A stretch of 63,563 bases of DNA, the filler included, from Octopus bimaculoides (Eukaryota): NCBI RefSeq assembly GCF_001194135.2. It is 6 parts of 4 records of this genome, joined end to end, with 100 filler letters (N's around TTAATTAATTAA, not from the genome) between each part and the next. Parts side by side here need not be neighbours in the genome. Positions count along the whole stretch, not along the records: positions 41,535 to 59,061 come from NC_068989.1; positions 59,162 to 61,125 come from NW_026354708.1; positions 61,226 to 63,563 come from NC_068991.1; 3 more parts are not named here. One strand, 5' to 3'. The notes below the pieces were generated by a model. That model was not told the origin of the DNA and searched no databases. It saw only the letters and a program-made list of their open reading frames with translations. The translations under genes and the position numbers were made by a program. Shown piece after piece: positions 52,391 to 63,563 of this stretch (positions are counted from its first letter, which is position 1; each line of letters starts with the position of its first letter).

Positions 52391-52789
52391 GTACCACAGT
52401 GTGTCTTAAATGCATACTTATCAAATATGATCTATCTATGATAGGAATTTTCAAAAATTAAATATAATTTTCTTGAATCATTTCATAAAAAATGTAAAAG
52501 CAATTCGAAATGTTTTTTTTCTTGCCACTATAACATGGCTGTTCTATAAAGAACTATGTTACTACTACATTTTAACCCCGTCTTTACCAGCTGGTTAATG
52601 GCACACAACCTGTGTCCAATATATTATGAGTAAGGAAGCTAATCACTTCCCTCCAGCATGGCAAAACCAGTAGAGTATGGTTTCTAGGTCTTTACATTTC
52701 ACCGGTACTGGATACCTGTCTGCTAAAGATGGTAGTCAATCGTTCCTGCGGCTGTCTTATAAAAGCAATTATTTACATTCATCGTTCTC

Positions 52790-53835
52790 TCAGTTCATAA
52801 TAAATTTCTTACCTTGATTCCGATGACGAGCAGAGTATGACACAATGTGAAGCCTCAACACTTGGTCAATGTAGCGAGCAGCGGCACCACCATTTCTCCG
52901 GCCTTGGCCGATGTTTTGAAAGACAACCGGTCCAAGTTTCTGGCTGAGTACAATCCCGCCCCATGCCACAATTCTCTGTCCTCCCCATGAATATCTCCCC
53001 ACCACACAGCCATCAATATGACGTTCACCCTTCTTCAAACCCGAGCTGTGCCGTCTGCTTCAGAAATGCAGTATCGATTTTCGTCAGAGAAGTCTACTGA
53101 CCTCCACTGCTGATATGACCGGTTCTGACGGTTTTGAGCCCACTGCGGACGTGCCCGTCGATGCCGATCTGTGAAGATGAGGTCCCTAGACGGACAGTGA
53201 CAAGACAGATTGAAAGATATCAGCTGCAGCGAACTGTCTCTGCACAAATGTGTCTGTGGTAACTCCCTATCGTCTGCCAGAGGGACTTGCCACGGTTGCC
53301 TTCCGGAATCGGTACTGCTGTTGGGGCAGGCGGCGATTTTGACGTGCTGTTGTAACAATCGGTCAGCCACTGCGTGGACAATCATCCGTGCTGTTTGTGG
53401 CATTATACCATTCCATCAGCCGCTCTATTGCCCGAATACAGCAGTTGAAGTTATTAGCAATGACCCATGGGTGTTGACCAACATGGAGACACCCGATGGT
53501 TTTCTGCATCTGATTTTGTGTCAGGCTTGGCATGCTTGCTACGTTCTGGAAACGAAAGACAGGCCGGAAAATTTGGGTGCCATTTATATCCAATGAGTTG
53601 ACGTTTTGCACGTGCATCATACTCTACATAGAAATGCGTTTGCGAGCATTACGATGTTCACGAAAAGTGAGCGAGTTCGAACCCTACATGCAATACATGT
53701 GTTTTCAAAAGAGAGTGGTGTTGTGGGTCAGTGACATCTTCCTGATGTCCAATTACCAAGAAAAGTGATAAAATCTATATAATCTCAATATCGTTTGTGA
53801 AACACATAACCTTTTACAGTGCGACGTTCAGCATA
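52790..53835 (-). mobile_element. Tc1-like transposon remnant, truncated before the second catalytic Asp
   Basis: MPSLTQNQ (ATG 53531-53533)...DCPRSGRP (HTH-linker), WRSVDFSDENRY (first D), GERHIDGCVV...GGQRIVAWGGI...YIDQVLRLHIV; frameshifted; TIR not confirmed. Confidence 0.75.
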
Positions 53836-54363
53836 TACATATATATATATATATATATATANNNNNNNNNNNNNNNNNNNNNNNNNNNNNNNNNNNNNNN
53901 NNNNNNNNNNNNNNNNNNNNNNNNNNNNNNNNNNNNNNNNNNNNNNNNNNNNNNNNNNNNNNNNNNNNNNNNNNNNNNNNNNNNNNNNNNNNNNNNNNNN
54001 NNNNNNNNNNNNNNNNNNNNNNNNNNNNNNNNNNNNNNNNNNNNNNNNNNNNNNNNNNNNNNNNNNNNNNNNNNNNNNNNNNNNNNNNNNNNNNNNNNNN
54101 NNNNNNNNNNNNNNNNNNNNNNNNNNNNNNNNNNNNNNNNNNNNNNNNNNNNNNNNNNNNNNNNNNNNNNNNNNNNNNNNNNNNNNNNNNNNNNNNNNNN
54201 NNNNNNNNNNNNNNNNNNNNNNNNNNNNNNNNNNNNNNNNNNNNNNNNNNNNNNNNNNNNNNNNNNNNNNNNNNNNNNNNNNNNNNNNNNNNNNNNNNNN
54301 NNNNNNNNNNNNNNNNNNNNNNNNNNNNNNNNNNNNNNNNNNNNNNNNNNNNNNNNNNNNNNN

Positions 54364-54445
54364 TGTGTGTGGTGGGGTTGTGTGTGTGTGGTGGGGTTGT
54401 GTGTGTGTGGTGGGGTTGTGTGTGTGTGGTGGGGTTGTGTGTGTG
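54364..54445 (+). repeat. 19-bp minisatellite (GGTGGGGTTGTGTGTGTGT)n, at least 4 copies, running into an N gap
   Basis: GGTGGGG starts at 54371, 54390, 54409 and 54428. Confidence 0.9.
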
Positions 54446-55784
54446 TGATGCAGTTGTGTGTGTGTATGTGTGAGAAAGAGAGAGAAGTAAATAAAGCATG
54501 TGCGGAAATAAATTGTGAAGCAACAGTGGGACTAATTCCCTGTATGTTATACAACTTCATATGTTCGTGATGGATGTAGTGATATAATAGAAAGCATGAA
54601 CTATCAAATGGAATAATTTCCACTATTTAGTAAAAGGCATCTAATAACATCAGTAAACTCGTCTCTCTCCTATTTCCACTTTTCCAACATTTTAATCCCT
54701 CCTCAACATGGCTCGGGACAATAAAACATATGATCAACGATATTCTAGTCATACCCAACTCTTCAAGCCCAGGACTACATACATTATTCGATGTTTCTGT
54801 CATTTTCTTTATTATCCAATATCACTCCCCTGAGAAGGAAGTTCAGAGCTAATGATCCATTTCATGGTTTACAGCACTGAATCTGATAAAAGTTTCTGCA
54901 GAAGTTATCCACAGACCGGTAACATAATTACAACTTAGAGAATTTTCCTAAGACGACCAAAGATATGTTAATAGTATTGAATCAAACAACGGATGAACTT
55001 AGAATGATAGTGTATGATTAGACGGTGACTGTAGCTATTTCTATCACAGCAAGCTCGTTCATTTCCTCTACAAGTTTGTGGCTGGTTATGCAGTAATATG
55101 CAAAAAATATCGCCAATTTCTTCAACGAAAATTGACTGTTTTTTTTTTTGTCTCTGTCACAGAATTCGTACTACTATTTATTTTTTCCAAAGCTTTACTA
55201 AAATTATAGAATCCGGTAGAACCATTTAACTATTCAGTATCTGCATTACTTTGTTCTGTTTTCCCAGTTTTTACTTTGTTTCATTTCTTCAATTAATATG
55301 AGGTGAATTCTTTGCCTTTCTTGTAACTAAAGAACAAACAATATGTATTGTGCTGTAGCACAAATTTCGAAATGATAATACAGATTAATGATCAACGTTC
55401 TCACACTTACAATCATCACATTGATTTTTTTTTAAGCAGAGCATTTATATACACATTATCTACATTATACATTCTTCTACTTTTAAGGTTATAAGTTGCA
55501 ACTGCATGTAGATTTAGTAGGTATATCTCTTGAAACTATGGAATAGATGGATATATATCTGTACCACAGTAGTTATTGACTGCATTAAACATATAGTAGG
55601 GAACTCAACTGAAAGAATGTTATAGTATATGTGGAATCATCTCTATTTACAGTAGTAAATTCGATTTATGCATGTATATCCAACTATACAAACGCAGTGA
55701 TTCTTCTTCGTCTTCTGTTTCGTCTTCTTCTTCTTATTATTATTATTAGTAGTAGTAGTAGTAGTAGTATTAGTATTAGTATTA

Positions 55785-56145
55785 CGACGACGAGGGTTCC
55801 AGTTGATCCGATCAACGAACAACTGCTCGTGAAATTAACGTGCAAGTGGCTGAGCACTCCACAGATATGTGTACCCTTAACGTAATTCCCGGGGAGATTC
55901 AGCGTGACACAGAGTATGACAAGGCTGGCCCTTTGAAAGAAAGGTACAACAGAAACCAGAAGAAAGAGTGAGTGAAAGTTGTGGTGAAAGAGTGCAGCAG
56001 GGTTCACCACCACACCCTGCCGGAACCTCATGGAGCTTTAGGTGTTTTCGCTCAAAAAGCAGTCACAACGCCCGGTTTGAGAATCGAAACCGTGATCACT
56101 ACAACCGAGTCCGCTACCCTAACCACTGGGCCATTGCGCCTCCAC
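55785..56145 (-). mobile_element. SINE family 3 copy with intact tRNA-like head
   Basis: Reverse complement reads GGAGGCGCAATGGCCCAGTGGTTAGGGTAGCGGACTCGG...CGGTTTCGATTCTCAAACCGGGCG (box A and B), with a body matching 6799-7128. Confidence 0.75.
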
Positions 56146-57303
56146 TTATCTACATATATAAATGTGTGTGTATATTAACAAACATACACTTCCACAATTC
56201 TCAAACAATGTTCACCAAACTTTAAACACACGTTAGTTATGTCCCAAGGATGATCATGCGCTATAACATTTTGCCCAGAGCTCCTGCGTAAATGTACAAA
56301 CTGGGGAAAACCGTGGTTTTACACGGGTTTTTCTCTAATTCGTTGTATGTACATAGTTTTTTGTATGTAGGGTCTCCCATAGTCTTTTAATCTATATGGT
56401 CATATATTGGCATTAAAGATTTTTTTCACATTTTTAAAATTCATTATTTATTTATATGTTGTAATTGTGTATTATTACTTGGTTAGAAAATATGATAAAA
56501 GTGAAAGATTTTTGTCTACTTAATTATTTCGATTGTCCACCTGCGACGGTGATTAAGTTGAGTAGGAAAACAGAATTAAACTTTGGCAAGCTTACAATTA
56601 CCTGTGCAGAGTTACTTGAAAAGTGATATTCCTTTCACTCTCTTCTATTTGTTGATACCTTTGTTTACCTACCAATGCCTTGCTTTACTTTAAGGATGCT
56701 TATTTACCCAGCCATTATGATATTTCGAAAGCTACATCTTTTCACTGCGAACTTCTAAGGATTCAAAGCAGTATTCTTGAACTGAAGTCAAACTCTTCAT
56801 GTCCTCATTTTTCGTTACTTGAAGTCAATTTCAGAGTGACCGGACACTGTGATCACGTAGTAAATACATTCCTTTAACTCTACTTTTTTCAAATAAGCAT
56901 TATATTGCCATTTTTCTATCCGAAAAATTAGCTCCTTTTTCTGTTGAATAAAATAAATTCGCAGAAGGGAAGTTTTAACGTCTTCTTTCAATTTCCTTAC
57001 ACCACTTATACGGCTGTTTCTGACAAATTTGTTTTTCATGTAAAACAAATATATATTGTAGTCGTTATCCCCAAAACACTTCAGCAGCTCTACTTTGCAT
57101 CGCTTGCAAACGTACATGATCTATGGTCATTAAAGTGCAACGACCTCCACAATAACCATCCTTCAATTTGGTTTTCTGTTCCTAGGTTAATCGGAGACGG
57201 AGATTGCCGGGCTACTCATAAAACTTCTCAGTAGTACAATTATTTGGTGAAAAAAATACCACCAAAGAAACTTAAACCGTCCAAATTTTGGGTGCGTTTT
57301 CAG

Positions 57304-57304
<1 letters not shown>

Positions 57305-57400
<96 letters not shown>
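57305..57400. repeat. (TTA)n followed directly by (ATA)n, a self-complementary microsatellite
   Basis: About 19 TTA units then about 13 ATA units. Confidence 0.9.
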
Positions 57401-57402
<2 letters not shown>

Positions 57403-59027
57403 GTGGTAATTCCTACGATAACATAAACCCGGAAACTGAACTGGTTCTCATTTTATCTACCCCGAAATGACAGTTTAGTCTGTAGATAACTATATGTCAA
57501 TTGGCAGATAGTGCTCTTAACAAAATAAAAGCAATCTCTAATCGGTTGTTTAAGTAAAAAACACTCTCAACTGAATATCCTGTATCTTGTAAATGAGGAG
57601 TATTCAGTAATATGAATAATAGATATGCTTCTATAAATACAGTTGTGTAGAATTTTTTTGCTTATAGGTGTGATTATCCAGAGTTGACCTGATATGGACA
57701 ACATCAACATTATCGTGATGATATATCATCACATTTAAATTGTTCTACTTATCGAAATATATTAGCAGTCGTAGGAAGTATCATCATATTGTCAATGCTT
57801 TGTAAGGGAAAACATCAATAAAACGTACAAACATCTTTATTCATGTTTATGCTCGTCACTTTTACAGACTTTCAAACCTTTCACTATTCAATTTAGATAT
57901 TTTAACCTCAATTTATATCATCAATACATCAATCCCACTACTAAAGTTATTTGTTGACCTCTGCTGACCACATCTTCTTAAGAGCAGAAATAATTTTATT
58001 ATTAAAGAGTTCGTGGAATAGTTAGTTTCTCTATCTGAGTCTTACAAGATTTAATGCACTTACTACAAGAGTGATTGATTCACGAACTGAATGCAATACC
58101 CTCAGTTGCTTCTTGAAGACACATCAAATGTAACATTCACCATTCTACTGGAGAACTATGTTTCACTACAGCGCAGAGATCGTTATATCCCTTCGCATAT
58201 TTGTTCAACAGACTTGATGTATTTCAAACTTTTGTGTATTGCAAAGGAATTTAATCTTAAATTAAAAACATGACATGAGCGTGTTTCAGAAATGCATAAC
58301 GGTAAAGGGATACAAGGTTCAGGTTATGGTTTATAACCGGGTATCGGGTTAAATATACTTCATCTTATATTTAAGCATCAATTTATGTTGTCCTCAGCGA
58401 AAGAGTAAAAACAATTGTTTACTGCGTTCCCAGTGAAATCTGAAATGAGGCGTTAATGTTTCTCTTTCTGCTGCATAAACTGCAACAAAATAAGCTCAGG
58501 CATCAAAATTATTCTATTAAACACTAAAGAAGGAGCTAGCATGTTTGATGCCGTAATTCAATATTAACCAGCAGAGAAAAAGTAGGCAAGCTGAAAATGT
58601 TAAAATTAACTGAATACAGAATGCAGAAGGTGGTAAGGTTGTATATTTCACCGGTCTCTCCCACAGAACTTATCAGTTTGTATCAGTCCTTAGAAGTCAA
58701 TATTAGGAATGCGTGGACAATAATCAGCTACACTTAGACGTCGTTTCCCAAAGAATTACCTGTGAAGCAAATAGCCACGTGAGTAGTTTTTATTTGAAGA
58801 ATATAATCAACGATCTGACAGAAAAATAGTTGAAGCTGTTCACCGGTATTACCTGCTAATGAATTTAAATAACTTATCCAGTGAGTCATGTTTCCGTTCT
58901 TGACGATTTCCGCTAAAATTCCCAGTTCACATCCAGGAACGACGTAGTAAAACGCTTTTTAACAGAAACGATTAATTCTATATACTTAGTATTCTCGTAA
59001 TTAAACATTAAAACGCAAGATACTGAT

Positions 59028-59061
<34 letters not shown>

Positions 59062-59161
59062 NNNNNNNNNNNNNNNNNNNNNNNNNNNNNNNNNNNNNNN
59101 NNNNNTTAATTAATTAANNNNNNNNNNNNNNNNNNNNNNNNNNNNNNNNNNNNNNNNNNNN

Positions 59162-59495
59162 GGCGCATGGCTCAGTGGTTAGAGCGTCGAGCTTACGATC
59201 TTGAGGTTGTGGGTTCGAAACCCGGACTGGGCTGCGTGTTGTGTTCTTGAGCAAGACACTTTATTTCACGTTGCTCCAGTTCACTCAGCTGTAGAAATGA
59301 GTTGCGATGTCACAGGTGCCAAGCTGTATCGGCCCCTTTGCCTTTCCCTTGGATAACACTGGTGGCGTGGAGAGGGGAGAGCGGTATGCATGGGCGACTG
59401 CTGGTCTTCCATAAACAACCTTGCCCGGACTTGTGCTTGGGAGGGTGACTTCCTAGGTGCAATCCCATGGTCAGTCATAACCGAAGGGGGTCTCC
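59162..59495 (+). mobile_element. SINE family 4 (tRNA-like head plus CORE-like segment)
   Basis: TGGCTCAGTGG box A, GGGTTCGAAACCC box B, then GTGTTCTTGAGCAAGACACTTTATTTCACGTTGCTCCAG; body shared with 21275-21530. Confidence 0.75.
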
Positions 59496-59634
59496 GCATA
59501 GTCATGGTCAAATAGCCATTACATCCCCCTCCACACACACACTTTTCTCTCTCTCTCTGTCTATCTATCATGCTCTCTCTCTCTCCATTACGACAGACGA
59601 TGTCAGTTATTCCGACCACATGCGTAATCTTTCA

Positions 59635-59850
59635 CCCGTTTCAGTTGTGGGACTGAAGACATGCTGGAGCGCAGCCTTGAAGGATCTAGTCAAGCAAACC
59701 GACACCAACACTTTATTATTATTATTATTATTTTTTTTTTTAACTCTGGTACTTATTCTATCAGTTTCTTTTGCCAAACTGCTAAGATATGGGGACATAA
59801 ACAAACCAACAGAAGTTGTCAACTGGTGGAAAACAAAAAACACAGATACA
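59635..59850 (-). mobile_element. SINE family 1 tail fragment
   Basis: TTTCAGTTGTGGGACTGAAGACATGCTGGAGC...GGTACTTATTCTATCAG...GGGGACATAAACAAACCAAC. Confidence 0.6.
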
Positions 59851-59868
59851 CCCGTGAATGAATGTATG

Positions 59869-59900
<32 letters not shown>

Positions 59901-60372
59901 NNNNNNNNNNNNNNNNNNNNNNNNNNNNNNNNNNNNNNNNNNNNNNNNNNNNNNNNNNNNNNNNNNNNNNNNNNNNNNNNNNNNNNNNNNNNNNNNNNNN
60001 NNNNNNNNNNNNNNNNNNNNNNNNNNNNNNNNNNNNNNNNNNNNNNNNNNNNNNNNNNNNNNNNNNNNNNNNNNNNNNNNNNNNNNNNNNNNNNNNNNNN
60101 NNNNNNNNNNNNNNNNNNNNNNNNNNNNNNNNNNNNNNNNNNNNNNNNNNNNNNNNNNNNNNNNNNNNNNNNNNNNNNNNNNNNNNNNNNNNNNNNNNNN
60201 NNNNNNNNNNNNNNNNNNNNNNNNNNNNNNNNNNNNNNNNNNNNNNNNNNNNNNNNNNNNNNNNNNNNNNNNNNNNNNNNNNNNNNNNNNNNNNNNNNNN
60301 NNNNNNNNNNNNNNNNNNNNNNNNNNNNNNNNNNNNNNNNNNNNNNNNNNNNNNNNNNNNNNNNNNNNNNNN

Positions 60373-60408
<36 letters not shown>

Positions 60409-60448
60409 GTATATGTATATATATATTTATATAGATATATATAGATAT

Positions 60449-60625
60449 CATCATCATCATTGTTTAATGTCTGCTTTCCATGCTAGCATGGGTTGGACGA
60501 TTTGACTGAGGACTGGTGGACCAGATGGCTACACCAGGCTCCAATCTGATTTGGCAGAGTTTCTACAGCTGGATGCCCTTCATAACGCCAACCACCCAGA
60601 GAGTGTAGTGGGTGTGTATTTTCAC
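60449..60625 (-). mobile_element. 3' end of a retroposon with an (ATG)n tail (SINE or RTE-like 3'UTR)
   Basis: CATCATCATCATCATTGTTTAATGTCTGCTTTCCATGCTAGCATGGG...GGATGCCCTTCATAACGCCAACC; single copy in the window, family recognised from general repeat style only. Confidence 0.45.
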
Positions 60626-61299
60626 TTAGGCATAGCAAGGCTAATAACCTGGTGTAGAACTCAATATATGTTTCAGAACAAAGTGTCAGATGAGTCTAGA
60701 GCATTATTTACATTATTTACATTTGGCAGATATTTCTCCTCAAACCAGTCCAATTGATATATACACACATATAAAAAATATATATGGGGGCACACACACA
60801 CACACACACACACAAAAATCTGGATTTCTTTATAGCCATTCCCGATGCTGTGGCCCTAGTCCTAGATGAAGAATTTGGAGTTCAAATTCATTTGAGCATT
60901 ACCTACATTTTTGTATACTGTGCATATAAACCTCTCACCTATTTTCTATATGGATATTATATATATATACATATATAAAATGGACAGATGATGATGATAT
61001 GTGAGCAAGTTGTGAATTGGTGACAGTTGTGTGTCAGGATTGTTGGCTAGTGGGATGGATACAAAGAAAATGTTATCGATAGGAGTGGCTGTGTGGTAAG
61101 TAGCTTGCTTACCAACCACATGGTTNNNNNNNNNNNNNNNNNNNNNNNNNNNNNNNNNNNNNNNNNNNNTTAATTAATTAANNNNNNNNNNNNNNNNNNN
61201 NNNNNNNNNNNNNNNNNNNNNNNNNGGATGGATGGATGGATGGATGGATGGATGGATGGATGGATGGATGTGTGTGTATCATCTATCTATCTCTCTCTC

Positions 61300-61333
<34 letters not shown>

Positions 61334-61336
<3 letters not shown>

Positions 61337-61555
61337 GAGGGGGTGTTGAAAAGTTCTTGGCTTTAAGGATGTCTCGAAAGGCCTGGTTCGAGGCCCAAGC
61401 TACAGAGTTCTTTTAGAGGGCTTAGAATAACTGAAGGACCGCTGCAATACATGTTTGAATCTGAGAGGGGAATATGTTCAATAAAATCATAATTAACTGA
61501 TCCTCCTGGATTTTCTTGTACTCAAAGCCAGGAACCTTTCACCACCTGCATCGTA
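61334..61555 (+). mobile_element. Mariner-derived MITE, TA-flanked
   Basis: TA|CGAGGGGGTGTTGAAAAGTTCTTGGCTTT ... AAAGCCAGGAACCTTTCACCACCTGCATCG|TA; internal EGLE-stop-LKDRCNTCLNLRGEYVQ-stop resembles the mariner transposase C-terminus. Confidence 0.75.
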
Positions 61556-61634
61556 TGTAGCTTAATATGCTTTCATCACATGTATAGAGAGTATATATCC
61601 TATATATAAACAAACACAGACCCACAGTCAAATA

Positions 61635-61674
<40 letters not shown>

Positions 61675-61781
61675 ACTATGCATGTCGGTGTATGTGTGTA
61701 TGTGGTGTGCGTGTGTGTATGTGTGTGTGTAAACATTCATGTGTACATATATGTATATATAAATAGATATGGATATCGAAA

Positions 61782-61828
<47 letters not shown>

Positions 61829-63169
61829 NNNNNNNNNNNNNNNNNNNNNNNNNNNNNNNNNNNNNNNNNNNNNNNNNNNNNNNNNNNNNNNNNNNNNNNN
61901 NNNNNNNNNNNNNNNNNNNNNNNNNNNNNNNNNNNNNNNNNNNNNNNNNNNNNNNNNNNNNNNNNNNNNNNNNNNNNNNNNNNNNNNNNNNNNNNNNNNN
62001 NNNNNNNNNNNNNNNNNNNNNNNNNNNNNNNNNNNNNNNNNNNNNNNNNNNNNNNNNNNNNNNNNNNNNNNNNNNNNNNNNNNNNNNNNNNNNNNNNNNN
62101 NNNNNNNNNNNNNNNNNNNNNNNNNNNNNNNNNNNNNNNNNNNNNNNNNNNNNNNNNNNNNNNNNNNNNNNNNNNNNNNNNNNNNNNNNNNNNNNNNNNN
62201 NNNNNNNNNNNNNNNNNNNNNNNNNNNNNNNNNNNNNNNNNNNNNNNNNNNNNNNNNNNNNNNNNNNNNNNNNNNNNNNNNNNNNNNNNNNNNNNNNNNN
62301 NNNNNNNNNNNNNNNNNNNNNNNNNNNNNNNNNNNNNNNNNNNNNNNNNNNNNNNNNNNNNNNNNNNNNNNNNNNNNNNNNNNNNNNNNNNNNNNNNNNN
62401 NNNNNNNNNNNNNNNNNNNNNNNNNNNNNNNNNNNNNNNNNNNNNNNNNNNNNNNNNNNNNNNNNNNNNNNNNNNNNNNNNNNNNNNNNNNNNNNNNNNN
62501 NNNNNNNNNNNNNNNNNNNNNNNNNNNNNNNNNNNNNNNNNNNNNNNNNNNNNNNNNNNNNNNNNNNNNNNNNNNNNNNNNNNNNNNNNNNNNNNNNNNN
62601 NNNNNNNNNNNNNNNNNNNNNNNNNNNNNNNNNNNNNNNNNNNNNNNNNNNNNNNNNNNNNNNNNNNNNNNNNNNNNNNNNNNNNNNNNNNNNNNNNNNN
62701 NNNNNNNNNNNNNNNNNNNNNNNNNNNNNNNNNNNGGTTTTGGGAGACTTTGGGTTTTTTTCTTTTTTTTTTGACGTTTACTGTATCGTCTGCGAAATCT
62801 CACTCAAGAAAAACCCATTTGACCATTCACTACCCTGTTGCTCAGATCTTGGTCTATGACCCCACCGGTATCCGCCCATCTCCCGCCTCTCTCCCGCCCG
62901 TTCGTTCTTCATCCATCTTACACTCCACAACCTTCTTATATGCATATTTACCAAACATATCAACACGCCTTAGTATAGAGACGAGTTCTTCGTCTAGACA
63001 CAGCCTGTTGAGGACATTGACCCAGGTCACCTTATCACGATGGGTCAGACTGACCTGTCATCCACATTTCTCACATTTCCAAATGTTACTTCTCTTAGAG
63101 ATTCCATATGGTTTTTATGTATTTTGGTTGTGAACATATGTATGAGCGTGAATGTGTGTGTAATATATG

Positions 63170-63201
<32 letters not shown>

Positions 63202-63356
63202 CATGCTGGTGGGCGGTGAGTGTTTGCATTAGTGAGGGAGTGATGAGTATGTGTGTGTATGTGTGTGTGCGTCTGTGTGTGTGTGTGCACGCGTGTAAAT
63301 ATATACGCTTACATTATATATATATATATAAATATACTATAGAAAAATATAAATGC

Positions 63357-63399
<43 letters not shown>

Positions 63400-63563
63400 T
63401 ACATATATATACATACCCACATACATATGTAGAAGCAATATATATATATATACTTATATATTCATACACATCTGTATACATTTATATCCATCTATATGTG
63501 TGTGTTTGTGTGTGTGTATGTTTGTGTTTGTGTGTGCGTATATATATGTACGTATGTACATAT

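Noticed and set aside
56640-57240. 100-aa ORF and a NQIEG..LWRSL peptide on the minus strand suggesting a Merlin/ISXO2 or integrase-like relic
   Set aside because: Only a few residues match and the frames are full of stops; needs a profile search.
59162-59235. tRNA-like sequence, also at 4885-4962 and 56070-56145
   Set aside because: Box A and B are present, but there is no proper acceptor stem and each continues into a body shared with other dispersed copies; these are SINE heads, not tRNA genes.

Overview
Eukaryotic genomic scaffold: AT-rich, very dense in microsatellites, with many N gaps. The SINE-like families and (TA)n/(CA)n/(TAGA)n/(AAT)n load look like a coleoid cephalopod, probably Octopus (inference, no database search). 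It has two credible host coding segments. One is the last coding exon of a cholecystokinin/sulfakinin-type GPCR (2710-3224, +; ICL3-TM6-TM7-C-tail). The other is an uninterrupted 343-aa Ser/Lys-rich ORF with no recognisable family (22181-23212, +). The rest is a transposon graveyard. Non-LTR fragments come from the R4/Dong-like, Hero-like, RTE and L1/Tx1 groups. There are also a Penelope-like RT fragment, a Penelope-like GIY-YIG fragment, a near full-length decayed mariner with TIRs, a truncated Tc1, two mariner-derived MITEs and at least five tRNA-headed SINE-like families. The most interesting non-coding signals are minimal hammerhead-ribozyme-like motifs of the Penelope type: an inverted pair around a tRNA-like head at 4665-5149, and an unrelated one at 33921-33956. 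There is also a perfect 34-bp foldback at 49449-49615. Most ORFs in the supplied track are microsatellite or N-gap artefacts. No CRISPR, rRNA or convincing true tRNA gene was seen. All alignments and RNA folds were done by eye, and TE/SINE boundaries are approximate.
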